A DNA stretch of 32,000 bases from Pasteurella multocida. Its GTDB lineage: Bacteria > Pseudomonadota > Gammaproteobacteria > Enterobacterales > Pasteurellaceae. The notes beneath the pieces are model-generated. The model did not search any database. It saw nothing but the letters and a program-made list of their open reading frames with translations, and was not told where the DNA came from. The translations under genes and the position numbers were made by a program. The stretch is taken from positions 330,001-362,000 of the forward strand of contig NZ_LT906458.1 of assembly GCF_900187275.1 (NCBI RefSeq), given 5' to 3'. Of this stretch, positions 1 through 9,453 are shown in pieces. The number at the start of each line of letters is the position of its first letter. Within the stretch, counting starts at the first letter, position 1.

Positions 1-88
1 TTGGTAGGGATAATTTTTCGCGTACAAAAGGCGCGTGAGGATCTTTGCCTTTGCGTGTTTTTTTCGTAGGGATGTTTTGTTCTGTCAT
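1..88 (-). CDS. Possible 5' end of an unidentified CDS running off the left edge (29 codons visible: MTEQNIPTKKTRKGKDPHAPFVREKLSLP...)
   Basis: ATG at 88-86 on the minus strand opens a frame with no stop through position 1. It lies just downstream of the ispB terminator hairpin. No clear Shine-Dalgarno, and the product is not recognised. Confidence 0.25.
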   Translation of the reverse strand, partial: MTEQNIPTKKTRKGKDPHAPFVREKLSLP

Positions 89-115
89 TGTCGTGTTTAA
101 AATTACTAAATAAAT

Positions 116-134
116 GACCGCACTTTAGGCGGTC
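116..134 (-). terminator. Hairpin terminator downstream of ispB, built around a USS
   Basis: gaccgc(116-121)/gcggtc(129-134) form a perfect 6-bp stem with a 7-nt loop. On the minus strand it is followed by the T-rich ATTTATTTAGTAATTTT. It contains ACCGCACTT at 117-125. Confidence 0.45.
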
Positions 135-166
135 GTTACGCTAACATGTCTCGCCTTATTAAGTGG

Positions 167-1159
167 TTAATAAGCGCGATCGACGGATAAGTAAGCTAAT
201 GAAATTAACGCTTGTTTATATTCATTTTCAGGCAATAATGCAATCGCATCAACGGCTTTTTGTGCTTCTTGTTTAGCGCGCATCATCGCATAGTCGAGGG
301 ATTTATGTTCTGTCATAATTGTCAGTACATCCTCTAAAATATCACGCTTACCCCCTTGCTCAATCGCTTCGCGAATCAATTTTGCTTGTGCTGGATTGCC
401 GTGATGCATGGCGTGTAATAACGGTAATGTTGGTTTACCTTCCGCTAAATCATCACCAATATTTTTGCCGAGTGCTTTTGCATCTGCACTATAATCTAAA
501 ATATCATCGACTAATTGAAAAGCTGTGCCTAGATAACAACCATATTCGCGTAAAGCATTTTCTTGGGCTTCCGTCGCATGAGCAAGTATCGCGGCGCAAT
601 GCGTCGCAGCTTCGAATAGACGCGCAGTCTTGCCATAAATGACTTGCATATAGTTTTCTTCCGTCGTATTCGGATCGTTGACATTCATTAATTGTTGCAC
701 TTCACCTTCTGCAATGACATTGGTTGCATCTGACATCACTTTGAGAATACGTAAAGAATCCAATTGCGTCATTAATTGGAAAGCGCGAGTATAAATAAAA
801 TCCCCCACTAACACACTTGCCGCATTACCAAATTCCGCGTTAGCTGTGGGATTGCCTCGTCGTAATGCAGATTCATCTACTACATCATCATGTAATAAAG
901 TCGCGGTATGAATAAATTCAATAAAAGTGGCACAAGTAATCGGTTGTTCACCATGAAATCCCAGTGCACGTGCAGCCAAAATCGCAATCATCGGACGGAT
1001 ACGTTTTCCACCACTTTGGATGATATAATAACCCAATTGATTAATTAACGTGACATCAGAGTTAAGCTGAGCGAGAATTGTTTCATTGGTTTTTTGCATA
1101 TCACGATGAATGAGTTTTTGGATGTCATCAATACTCATTAAATTATGTTGCTTTGTCAT
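167..1159 (-). CDS. ispB: Octaprenyl-diphosphate synthase (trans-polyprenyl diphosphate synthase)
   Basis: 330-aa ORF alignable along its length with recalled E. coli IspB. Shared motifs include LNSDV.LINQLGYYI, GGKRIRPMIA, both DDxxD motifs (LLHDDVVDES and FQLVDDILDY), and GKPTLPLLHAMHHG. The start could also be the Met at 1138. Confidence 0.95.
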   Translation of the reverse strand: MTKQHNLMSIDDIQKLIHRDMQKTNETILAQLNSDVTLINQLGYYIIQSGGKRIRPMIAILAARALGFHGEQPITCATFIEFIHTATLLHDDVVDESALRRGNPTANAEFGNAASVLVGDFIYTRAFQLMTQLDSLRILKVMSDATNVIAEGEVQQLMNVNDPNTTEENYMQVIYGKTARLFEAATHCAAILAHATEAQENALREYGCYLGTAFQLVDDILDYSADAKALGKNIGDDLAEGKPTLPLLHAMHHGNPAQAKLIREAIEQGGKRDILEDVLTIMTEHKSLDYAMMRAKQEAQKAVDAIALLPENEYKQALISLAYLSVDRAY

Positions 1160-1273
1160 TTGTAATAATGGATTTTTAGACTGAATGTGAAAGGGATTGT
1201 ACCCAATTTTCTGCGATTTCTGAAATTAAATCACACAAAATCATAATTTTTTTACTTTATTGTAAATAAGCTC

Positions 1274-1302
1274 TTGCTCTTAAGTTATTTTTTGCGTAGA
1301 AT
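1274..1302 (+). promoter_or_regulatory. Candidate sigma70 promoter of rplU-rpmA
   Basis: TTGCTC (1274-1279), 17-nt spacer, TAGAAT (1297-1302), about 75 nt upstream of the rplU ATG. Confidence 0.45.
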
Positions 1303-1377
1303 TTGCGACCTATTTATATGAATTTTTGAAGTGCTAAATGAACAAAAACATGAAAGCACTAGTATAGCGGAGTATAT

Positions 1378-1689
1378 ATGTACGCAGTTTTTCAAAGTGG
1401 CGGTAAACAACACCGAGTAAGCGAAGGACAAGTAGTTCGTTTAGAAAAACTTGAAGTTGCAACTGGTGAAACAGTTGAGTTTGACTCAGTGTTAATGATC
1501 GTTAACGGTGAAGATGTTAAAATTGGTGCCCCAGTTGTTGCTGGTGGTAAAGTGGTGGCAGAAGTTGTTGCACACGGTCGTGGCGATAAAGTAAAAATCG
1601 TTAAGTTCCGTCGTCGTAAACATAGCCGTAAACAACAAGGTCATCGTCAGTGGTTCACAGAAGTGAAAATCACTGGGATTCAAGCATAA
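1378..1689 (+). CDS. rplU: 50S ribosomal protein L21
   Basis: 103 aa starting [18 protein letters not shown], ending [30 protein letters not shown] upstream. Confidence 0.97.
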   Translation: MYAVFQSGGKQHRVSEGQVVRLEKLEVATGETVEFDSVLMIVNGEDVKIGAPVVAGGKVVAEVVAHGRGDKVKIVKFRRRKHSRKQQGHRQWFTEVKITGIQA

Positions 1690-1709
1690 TTTCAGAGGAG
1701 ATCAAGTAG

Positions 1710-1967
<258 letters not shown>

Positions 1968-1990
1968 TTTCAAATTTAGAAATAGAAAAA

Positions 1991-2018
1991 CGCCTCGCAC
2001 AAGTTGCGGGGCGTTTTC
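1991..2018 (+). terminator. Rho-independent terminator/attenuator after rpmA
   Basis: cgcctcgca(1991-1999)/tgcggggcg(2005-2013) form a 9-bp stem with one G-U pair, followed by TTTT at 2014-2017. Confidence 0.6.
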
Positions 2019-2031
2019 GTAGAAGTCTCTT

Positions 2032-2964
2032 ATGAAACAGCAGCCTCTGCTAGGATTCCTTTTTGCGTTTACTGCCGCATGTATGTGGGGATCTTTACCG
2101 ATTGCGTTACAGCAATTATTAAACATTATGGATGCACAAACGGTTGTGTGGTTCCGTTTTGCTGTGGCTGCCATTGGATTATTTTTTATCCTCAAACTGA
2201 CAAAAAGATTACCCCATTGGACAGTACTTCGGTTGCGACATTGGCTTCTCATCTTATTAGGCATTGTTGGATTATCCGCAAACTTTTTCTTATACAATGT
2301 TGCATTACAATATATTCCCCCAACCACTAGCCAAGTTTTTAGCCCACTCAGCTCATTTGGTATGTTATTAGTGGGGGTATTGTTATTTAAAGAAACCTTT
2401 GCAGTTTATCAAAAAGTCGGTTTAGGTTTACTCATTCTTGGCTTGATCCTCTTTTTTAATCAGCGCGTGGAAGACTTTTTACAGTTTGGCACTTATGTAA
2501 AAGGGATTATTATTTGTATTAGTGCAAGTTTAGTTTGGGTCGTCTATGGGAGTGCACAAAAACTGATGTTGCATCGTTTGACAGCACAGCAAGTATTATT
2601 GCCCATTTATATAGGATGTACGATACTTTTTCTGCCTACGGCAACCATTTCACAAGTGACGCATTTGAATGCGATGCAAATAGGCTGCTTGATTTATTGT
2701 TGTTTGAATACATTAATTGCTTACGGTGCTTATGCGGAAGCGCTGAATCATTGGGATGTGACGAAAGTGAGCGCGATTGTGACACAAATTCCCATATTGA
2801 CCTTGATTTTCTCGGAAGTATTACTGTTCATTGCACCTGATTATGTGATGACTGAGGAATTAAATTGGATAAGCTATATCGGTGTGTGCTTTGTCGTTTC
2901 AGGTGCATTATTTTCCGCCACAGGACATCGAATTTTAGTTAAAATCACAAATAGGAAACCATAA
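2032..2964 (+). CDS. yhbE: EamA/DMT-superfamily inner-membrane transporter, YhbE-like (copy 1)
   Basis: 310-aa polytopic hydrophobic protein at the position E. coli yhbE occupies between rpmA and obgE. It shares WGSLPIALQ and LNTL.AYGAYAEAL motifs with YhbE. Confidence 0.85.
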   Translation: MKQQPLLGFLFAFTAACMWGSLPIALQQLLNIMDAQTVVWFRFAVAAIGLFFILKLTKRLPHWTVLRLRHWLLILLGIVGLSANFFLYNVALQYIPPTTSQVFSPLSSFGMLLVGVLLFKETFAVYQKVGLGLLILGLILFFNQRVEDFLQFGTYVKGIIICISASLVWVVYGSAQKLMLHRLTAQQVLLPIYIGCTILFLPTATISQVTHLNAMQIGCLIYCCLNTLIAYGAYAEALNHWDVTKVSAIVTQIPILTLIFSEVLLFIAPDYVMTEELNWISYIGVCFVVSGALFSATGHRILVKITNRKP

Positions 2965-2965
2965 G

Positions 2966-5064
<2,099 letters not shown>

Positions 5065-5086
5065 AGTTGACAATTGACAGGCTACT

Positions 5087-5130
5087 AAAAAAGTGCGGTA
5101 TAAACGTTGAAAATTTATACCGCACTTTTT
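5087..5130. terminator. Bidirectional terminator formed by an inverted USS pair, between convergent obgE and fur
   Basis: aagtgcggtataaa(5091-5104) and tttataccgcactt(5114-5127) are perfect complements. They are flanked by an A-run on the left and a T-run on the right. Confidence 0.7.
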
Positions 5131-5148
5131 ATTTAATTTGCCTTGTTT

Positions 5149-5589
5149 TTATTTTTTGCCATTCTCATCGCATTTCTTGACATTACTACATTTGCCATAA
5201 AGATACAGACTGTGTGTGGCTAATTCAATACCATGTTGTTTAGTAATTTCACGTTGACGTTTTTCAATAATGTCATCATTAAATTCAAACACTTTACCGC
5301 AGTCCACGCAAATAATGTGATCGTGGTGTTCAGTTGGGGCAAGTTCAAAGACGGATTTATTGCCTTCAAAATTATGACGAATCAAAATTTTTGCTTCATC
5401 AAATTGGTTTAATACACGGTAAACTGTGGCTAAACCAATTTCTTCGCCTCTTTCAAGGAGCATTTTATACACATCTTCTGCAGAGAAGTGTTCTTCTTGA
5501 TGTTCTTGCATTAATGCCAAAATCGTTAAACGAGGTTCGGTGATTTTCAACCCCGCTTTTTTCAAAAGTTTGATATTTTCTTCAGACAT
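5149..5589 (-). CDS. fur: Ferric uptake regulator
   Basis: 146 aa with LKKAGLKITEPRLTIL, ATVYRVLNQF, HHDHIICVDCGKV and a C-terminal Cys pair. Confidence 0.95.
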   Translation of the reverse strand: MSEENIKLLKKAGLKITEPRLTILALMQEHQEEHFSAEDVYKMLLERGEEIGLATVYRVLNQFDEAKILIRHNFEGNKSVFELAPTEHHDHIICVDCGKVFEFNDDIIEKRQREITKQHGIELATHSLYLYGKCSNVKKCDENGKK

Positions 5590-5613
5590 AATAGCCCCTT
5601 AATTATTTTGCTA

Positions 5614-6138
5614 TTAAGCAAGTTCTGCTAAACACATTTCGTCAAACACTTGCTTCACCCATTTTTCAACACGTTCAGCAGTTAATTCAGGTTGACGATC
5701 TTCATCAATACATAATCCTACAAAAGTATTTTCATCGACTAATGCTTGCGAAACTTCAAAGTGATAGCCTTCTGTTGGCCAGTGACCAACAATGATGGCG
5801 CCTTTAGGTTCAATAATGTTACGCACGGTTCCCATAGCATCACAGAAATATTCTGCGTAATCTTCTTGATCTCCACAGCCAAAAATAGCAACCAATTTAT
5901 CGGTAAAATCAATTTCTTCTAAGGTTGGGAAAAAATCATCCCAGTCACATTGGGCTTCACCGTAATACCAGGTTGGAATCCCAATCATGAGAAAATCATA
6001 AGCTTCAATATCTTCTTTTGTACTTTTTGCAATATCGCGTACATCAACTAAGTCACTACCGAGTTGTTTTTGAATCATTTTGGCAATATTTTCGGTATTG
6101 CCTGTATCACTGCCATAAAATAAACCAACAACAGCCAT
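5614..6138 (-). CDS. fldA: Flavodoxin (long-chain, FldA type)
   Basis: 174 aa with the FMN-binding N-terminus GLFYGSDTGNTE. Sits immediately upstream of fur, as in E. coli. Confidence 0.95.
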   Translation of the reverse strand: MAVVGLFYGSDTGNTENIAKMIQKQLGSDLVDVRDIAKSTKEDIEAYDFLMIGIPTWYYGEAQCDWDDFFPTLEEIDFTDKLVAIFGCGDQEDYAEYFCDAMGTVRNIIEPKGAIIVGHWPTEGYHFEVSQALVDENTFVGLCIDEDRQPELTAERVEKWVKQVFDEMCLAELA

Positions 6139-6143
6139 TTTTG

Positions 6144-6428
6144 CTACCTATCTTCTTGAATATTAAAATAATCTTGTAAAATCGTTACAATCAATTCTGA
6201 TCGACTAACATGCAAATTTGCCGCTAAATCTTCTAGTTGCTCAACTAAATCCGTGTGTAATTTAAGTTCGACCCGTTTTAACCCGATGGATTTATCCCGT
6301 TTTAACTGATTACGTTTATTGATACGAATTTGTTGTTCACGACTCAGTGGATTTGTTTTTGGGCGTCCAACTTTGCGAGTATTAGCAAACAGATCCAATG
6401 TAATACAATCTGCGTCTTGTTTTGCCAT
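6144..6428 (-). CDS. ybfE: YbfE-like CopG/ribbon-helix-helix family protein
   Basis: 94 aa. GRPKTNPLSREQQIRINKRNQLKRDK..GLKRVELKL closely matches recalled E. coli YbfE, and the position next to fldA is conserved. Confidence 0.8.
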   Translation of the reverse strand: MAKQDADCITLDLFANTRKVGRPKTNPLSREQQIRINKRNQLKRDKSIGLKRVELKLHTDLVEQLEDLAANLHVSRSELIVTILQDYFNIQEDR

Positions 6429-6492
6429 CTATCAAATCACTGAAAATCTGTGGCTAAGTGAGAATGATAAGCCACAACTAAATTAATGCTGA

Positions 6493-6503
6493 ACTATAAC
6501 ACA
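6493..6503 (-). promoter_or_regulatory. Candidate extended -10 promoter element for ybfE-fldA-fur
   Basis: On the minus strand this reads TGtTATAGT (TATAGT = 6498-6493, TG = 6503-6502). No convincing -35. Confidence 0.3.
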
Positions 6504-6543
6504 ATTTATGTGGGATTAAAACACGAATTTCTGCGCGCTTTGG

Positions 6544-7332
6544 CTATTTGTTTGATATTAAAAATCTTTCAATTGCGCGTATGACAAACTCAGGTTTTTC
6601 CGCGTGAACCCAGTGTCCACAACCATTTATAGTAAAGGCGGTGGCTTGTGGAAATTGCGCGAGAATAGGTTGTGTGTCTTCTGTTTTGATATAGTTTGAT
6701 TGTCCGCCACGGATAAAGAGGGTAGGTACGGTACAGTGACAAGGTTGCCAATCCATGATGTGAGGATAATTGGCATGTAATGCGCTGAGGTTAAAACGGA
6801 AATATTCTTTGGCATTGGCATCAAAGGATTTCAGCATGAATTGTTGGATCGCTTCCTCAGGAATATATTGTGCTAAATAGTGTTTTGCTTCTTGTCGTGT
6901 TTTCGGTTTTGCTTGTTTGGTGGCAAATAGCCCCGTAAAAACAGCGTCATGCTCATGGTGACCATACTTGACTGGTGCAATATCAATGACAATCAATTTT
7001 TCGACGAGATGGGGATAAAGTGCGGTCATTTTCATGGCAGTTTTTCCTCCCATGGAATGCCCAATTAAAATGACTTTTTCGAGCTGAAGGGTATGAATGA
7101 CATTGGCGAGATCTTCTGCCATGAGCGTATAATTCATCTCTTCGTGGTGAAAACTTTGTCCGTGGTTGCGTAAATCGACACGTAAAATGGGATATTTTTC
7201 ACTAAAGGCTCTGGCGATAATGCCTAAATTATTCATATCACCAAATAAACCATGAATAAAAACGAAAGTCGGCGCATTAATTTCTTGTTTTAACTGATGA
7301 AATTGAAAGTGAAGTAAATTGTTCTCAGACAT
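6544..7332 (-). CDS. ybfF: Alpha/beta-hydrolase esterase, YbfF-like
   Basis: Nucleophile elbow GHSMGG, HGLFG oxyanion region and C-terminal GHWVHAEKP match recalled E. coli YbfF. I chose the Met at 7332 (MSENNLLH); the 21-codon upstream extension in the ORF track overlaps the seqA promoter region. Confidence 0.85.
   Translation of the reverse strand: MSENNLLHFQFHQLKQEINAPTFVFIHGLFGDMNNLGIIARAFSEKYPILRVDLRNHGQSFHHEEMNYTLMAEDLANVIHTLQLEKVILIGHSMGGKTAMKMTALYPHLVEKLIVIDIAPVKYGHHEHDAVFTGLFATKQAKPKTRQEAKHYLAQYIPEEAIQQFMLKSFDANAKEYFRFNLSALHANYPHIMDWQPCHCTVPTLFIRGGQSNYIKTEDTQPILAQFPQATAFTINGCGHWVHAEKPEFVIRAIERFLISNK
7018..7026 (+). repeat. Uptake signal sequence core AAGTGCGGT
   Basis: Exact 9-mer, inside ybfF. 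Confidence 0.8.
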
Positions 7333-7365
7333 AATTTGTATATAGAGTATTTGTAAAGAAGTCGT

Positions 7366-7371
7366 TATAAT
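7366..7371 (+). promoter_or_regulatory. Candidate -10 hexamer for seqA
   Basis: Perfect TATAAT 40 nt upstream of the seqA ATG. The -35 at 17-nt spacing is poor (TAGAGT). Confidence 0.3.
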
Positions 7372-7411
7372 GTTGCAAAATCTGAAAGAGATCAAGCAAG
7401 TGGAGGAAAAA

Positions 7412-8032
7412 ATGAAAATTATTGAAGTTGATGAAGAGCTTTATCAATATATTGCGAGTCAAACGCAGTCTATTGGCGAAAGCGCATCGGATATTTTGCG
7501 CCGTTTGCTTAATTTTTCTAATAAAGCTGTTGAAAAAACAGAAGTGCCTCCCGTGGCGGTTAAAACGACAGAGCCTGCACCAACAGCACCACAACCAGCT
7601 GTCCAAGCAGAAACAGAAGCGGTTTTTGAAAATCCAAAAATCTTACCTAAAAAACAATCTGATGAGTCTATTCAGCAAGTGGTCACCAAAGTTCGTGACT
7701 TACTCCGTTCTGATGCATTTCAACAAGAAAGTAAAGCGGTTGTACGTTTTTTAAATATTTTGAAAGTGCTTTATCGTACGAACCCAGAAAGTTTTGCGCA
7801 AGCAACTGAATCATTGCAAGGGCGTACCCGTGTTTATTTTGCGCGTGATGAAGGCACGTTATTAATGGCGGGAAATCAAACGAAGCCAAAGCAAATTCCC
7901 GATACGCCATATTGGGTGATCACCAATACCAATAGTGGTCGCAAAATGTTGATGCTAGAAGGCGCAATGCAATCGATGCATTTACCGGCGGACTTAATTG
8001 AAGACGTGCGTAGCTATTTTGTTGCCAATTAG
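7412..8032 (+). CDS. seqA: Replication-origin sequestration protein SeqA
   Basis: MKIIEVDEELYQYIASQTQSIGESASDILRRLL is the canonical SeqA N-terminus, and PYWVITNTNSGRK lies in the C-terminal hemimethylated-GATC-binding domain. GGAGGA RBS at 7403-7408. Divergent from ybfF, as in E. coli. Confidence 0.9.
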   Translation: MKIIEVDEELYQYIASQTQSIGESASDILRRLLNFSNKAVEKTEVPPVAVKTTEPAPTAPQPAVQAETEAVFENPKILPKKQSDESIQQVVTKVRDLLRSDAFQQESKAVVRFLNILKVLYRTNPESFAQATESLQGRTRVYFARDEGTLLMAGNQTKPKQIPDTPYWVITNTNSGRKMLMLEGAMQSMHLPADLIEDVRSYFVAN

Positions 8033-8034
8033 TT

Positions 8035-9453
8035 ATGTTTCCTTGGCAGCGATTCGCATCTGATCCCATTAAACAAAACCAAATCGCCTTGCGAGATCCG
8101 CAAGGCGAGGTTTTTACATGGCGACAGCTTTTTGAGCAAATCAGCCAGTATGCTAAGCTTTTGCAATACCATGGCGTTCAACCTAATTCTGGTGTCGCTT
8201 TATGTGGTAAGAATGAACTGGACTTGTTATTACTCTACTTAGCCACTATTCAGATTGGTGCACGAGTCTTTCCGCTTAATCCTGCTTTTCCTGTCGAAAA
8301 AATTCAGCAATATTGCCGTGCGGCAGATATTGAGTTTTATTATGCGCCACATGCCTTACTCTTACGTGACTGCCAAGCGATTTCGTTAACAGTGAATGTT
8401 CAAGTGGAACAAGTTGAACCAGAAGTGCGGTCAGATTGTGAAAACTTTTTTATTCCCGCTACCATGACTTTAACCTCTGGGTCTAGTGGTGTTCCTAAAG
8501 CGGTTGTTCATCACCTACAAGCGCATTTAGATAATGCCAAAGGCGTTTGTGAACTCATGCAATTTGACGCAAATGCGTCATGGTTACTTTCTTTGCCTTT
8601 ATATCATGTTTCAGGGCAGGGGATCCTTTGGCGTTGGTTACGTGCAGGCGCAGTCTTACATTTTCCACAAGCGGACTTTTATGCGTCTGTCGGGCAAGCG
8701 ACACATGTTTCTTTAGTCCCGACTCAATTACAACGTTTATTATCTTATTGGCAGGAAAATACGATTTTAGACAGCTCGTTAAAAACCCAGCATATTTTGC
8801 TCGGTGGGGCGCAGATTCCGACGTCATTAACTGCACAATTAGCAAAATGGGGCGTGCAAAGTTATTCGGGATATGGCATGACGGAAATGGCGTCGACCGT
8901 ATTTGCGAAACGAAGTGATGATAAAATGGGCGTTGGTCAACCGTTATGTGGACGTGAATATCGACTCGTTGAGGGCGAAATCTGGCTGAAAGGTGCGGGA
9001 TTAGCGCTTGGTTATTGGCAACAAGGAACGATTTTACCGCTCACCAATAAACAAGGTTGGTTTGCCACAAAAGATAAAGGGATATGGCGTGATAATGAGT
9101 TGGTAATTTTAGGACGAATTGATAATATGTTCATTTCCGGTGGCGAAAACATACAGCCCGAAGAAATCGAACGGATAATTCAGCAATGGCAATATGTCAA
9201 ACAAGTGTTTGTGTTGCCGAAAGCGGATATTGAGTTTGGACAACGCCCCGTGGCGTTCATCGAATTTTCTGTGCCTTTTTCTGACGCACTTGTTGAGGCA
9301 TTGACGCTTTGGCTTGCGGATAAATTGGAAAAATTTAAACACCCCGTGGCTTATTTCCCTTTGAATACACAACAATTACAACAAGGTGCAATTAAAATTT
9401 CTCGAACAAGATTAAAATTAGCCTTACAGGATTTACTAGGAACTCACGAATGA
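8035..9453 (+). CDS. menE: Adenylate-forming acyl-CoA ligase, most likely O-succinylbenzoate-CoA ligase
   Basis: 472 aa with the AMP-binding motif TLTSGSSGVPK, YGMTE, and a C-terminal K.PR-type tail. The size and short N-terminal domain fit MenE. Substrate is inferred, not shown. Confidence 0.75.
   Translation: MFPWQRFASDPIKQNQIALRDPQGEVFTWRQLFEQISQYAKLLQYHGVQPNSGVALCGKNELDLLLLYLATIQIGARVFPLNPAFPVEKIQQYCRAADIEFYYAPHALLLRDCQAISLTVNVQVEQVEPEVRSDCENFFIPATMTLTSGSSGVPKAVVHHLQAHLDNAKGVCELMQFDANASWLLSLPLYHVSGQGILWRWLRAGAVLHFPQADFYASVGQATHVSLVPTQLQRLLSYWQENTILDSSLKTQHILLGGAQIPTSLTAQLAKWGVQSYSGYGMTEMASTVFAKRSDDKMGVGQPLCGREYRLVEGEIWLKGAGLALGYWQQGTILPLTNKQGWFATKDKGIWRDNELVILGRIDNMFISGGENIQPEEIERIIQQWQYVKQVFVLPKADIEFGQRPVAFIEFSVPFSDALVEALTLWLADKLEKFKHPVAYFPLNTQQLQQGAIKISRTRLKLALQDLLGTHE
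8423..8431 (+). repeat. Uptake signal sequence core AAGTGCGGT
   Basis: Exact 9-mer, inside menE. Confidence 0.8.

Noticed and set aside
1330-1360. Hairpin agtgct/agcact in the rplU 5' leader, considered as a ribosomal-protein leader or autoregulatory element
   Set aside because: A 6-bp stem with a 19-nt loop is weak. I know of no L21/L27 leader motif in gamma-proteobacteria, and conservation cannot be assessed here.
7333-7395. N-terminal extensions in the ORF track for ybfF (to 7395), seqA (from 7370) and the YwiC-like gene (from 21316)
   Set aside because: The extensions overlap divergent promoter regions or the neighbouring gene. They lack homology to the known N-termini, and in the seqA case are superseded by an internal ATG with a strong GGAGGA RBS.
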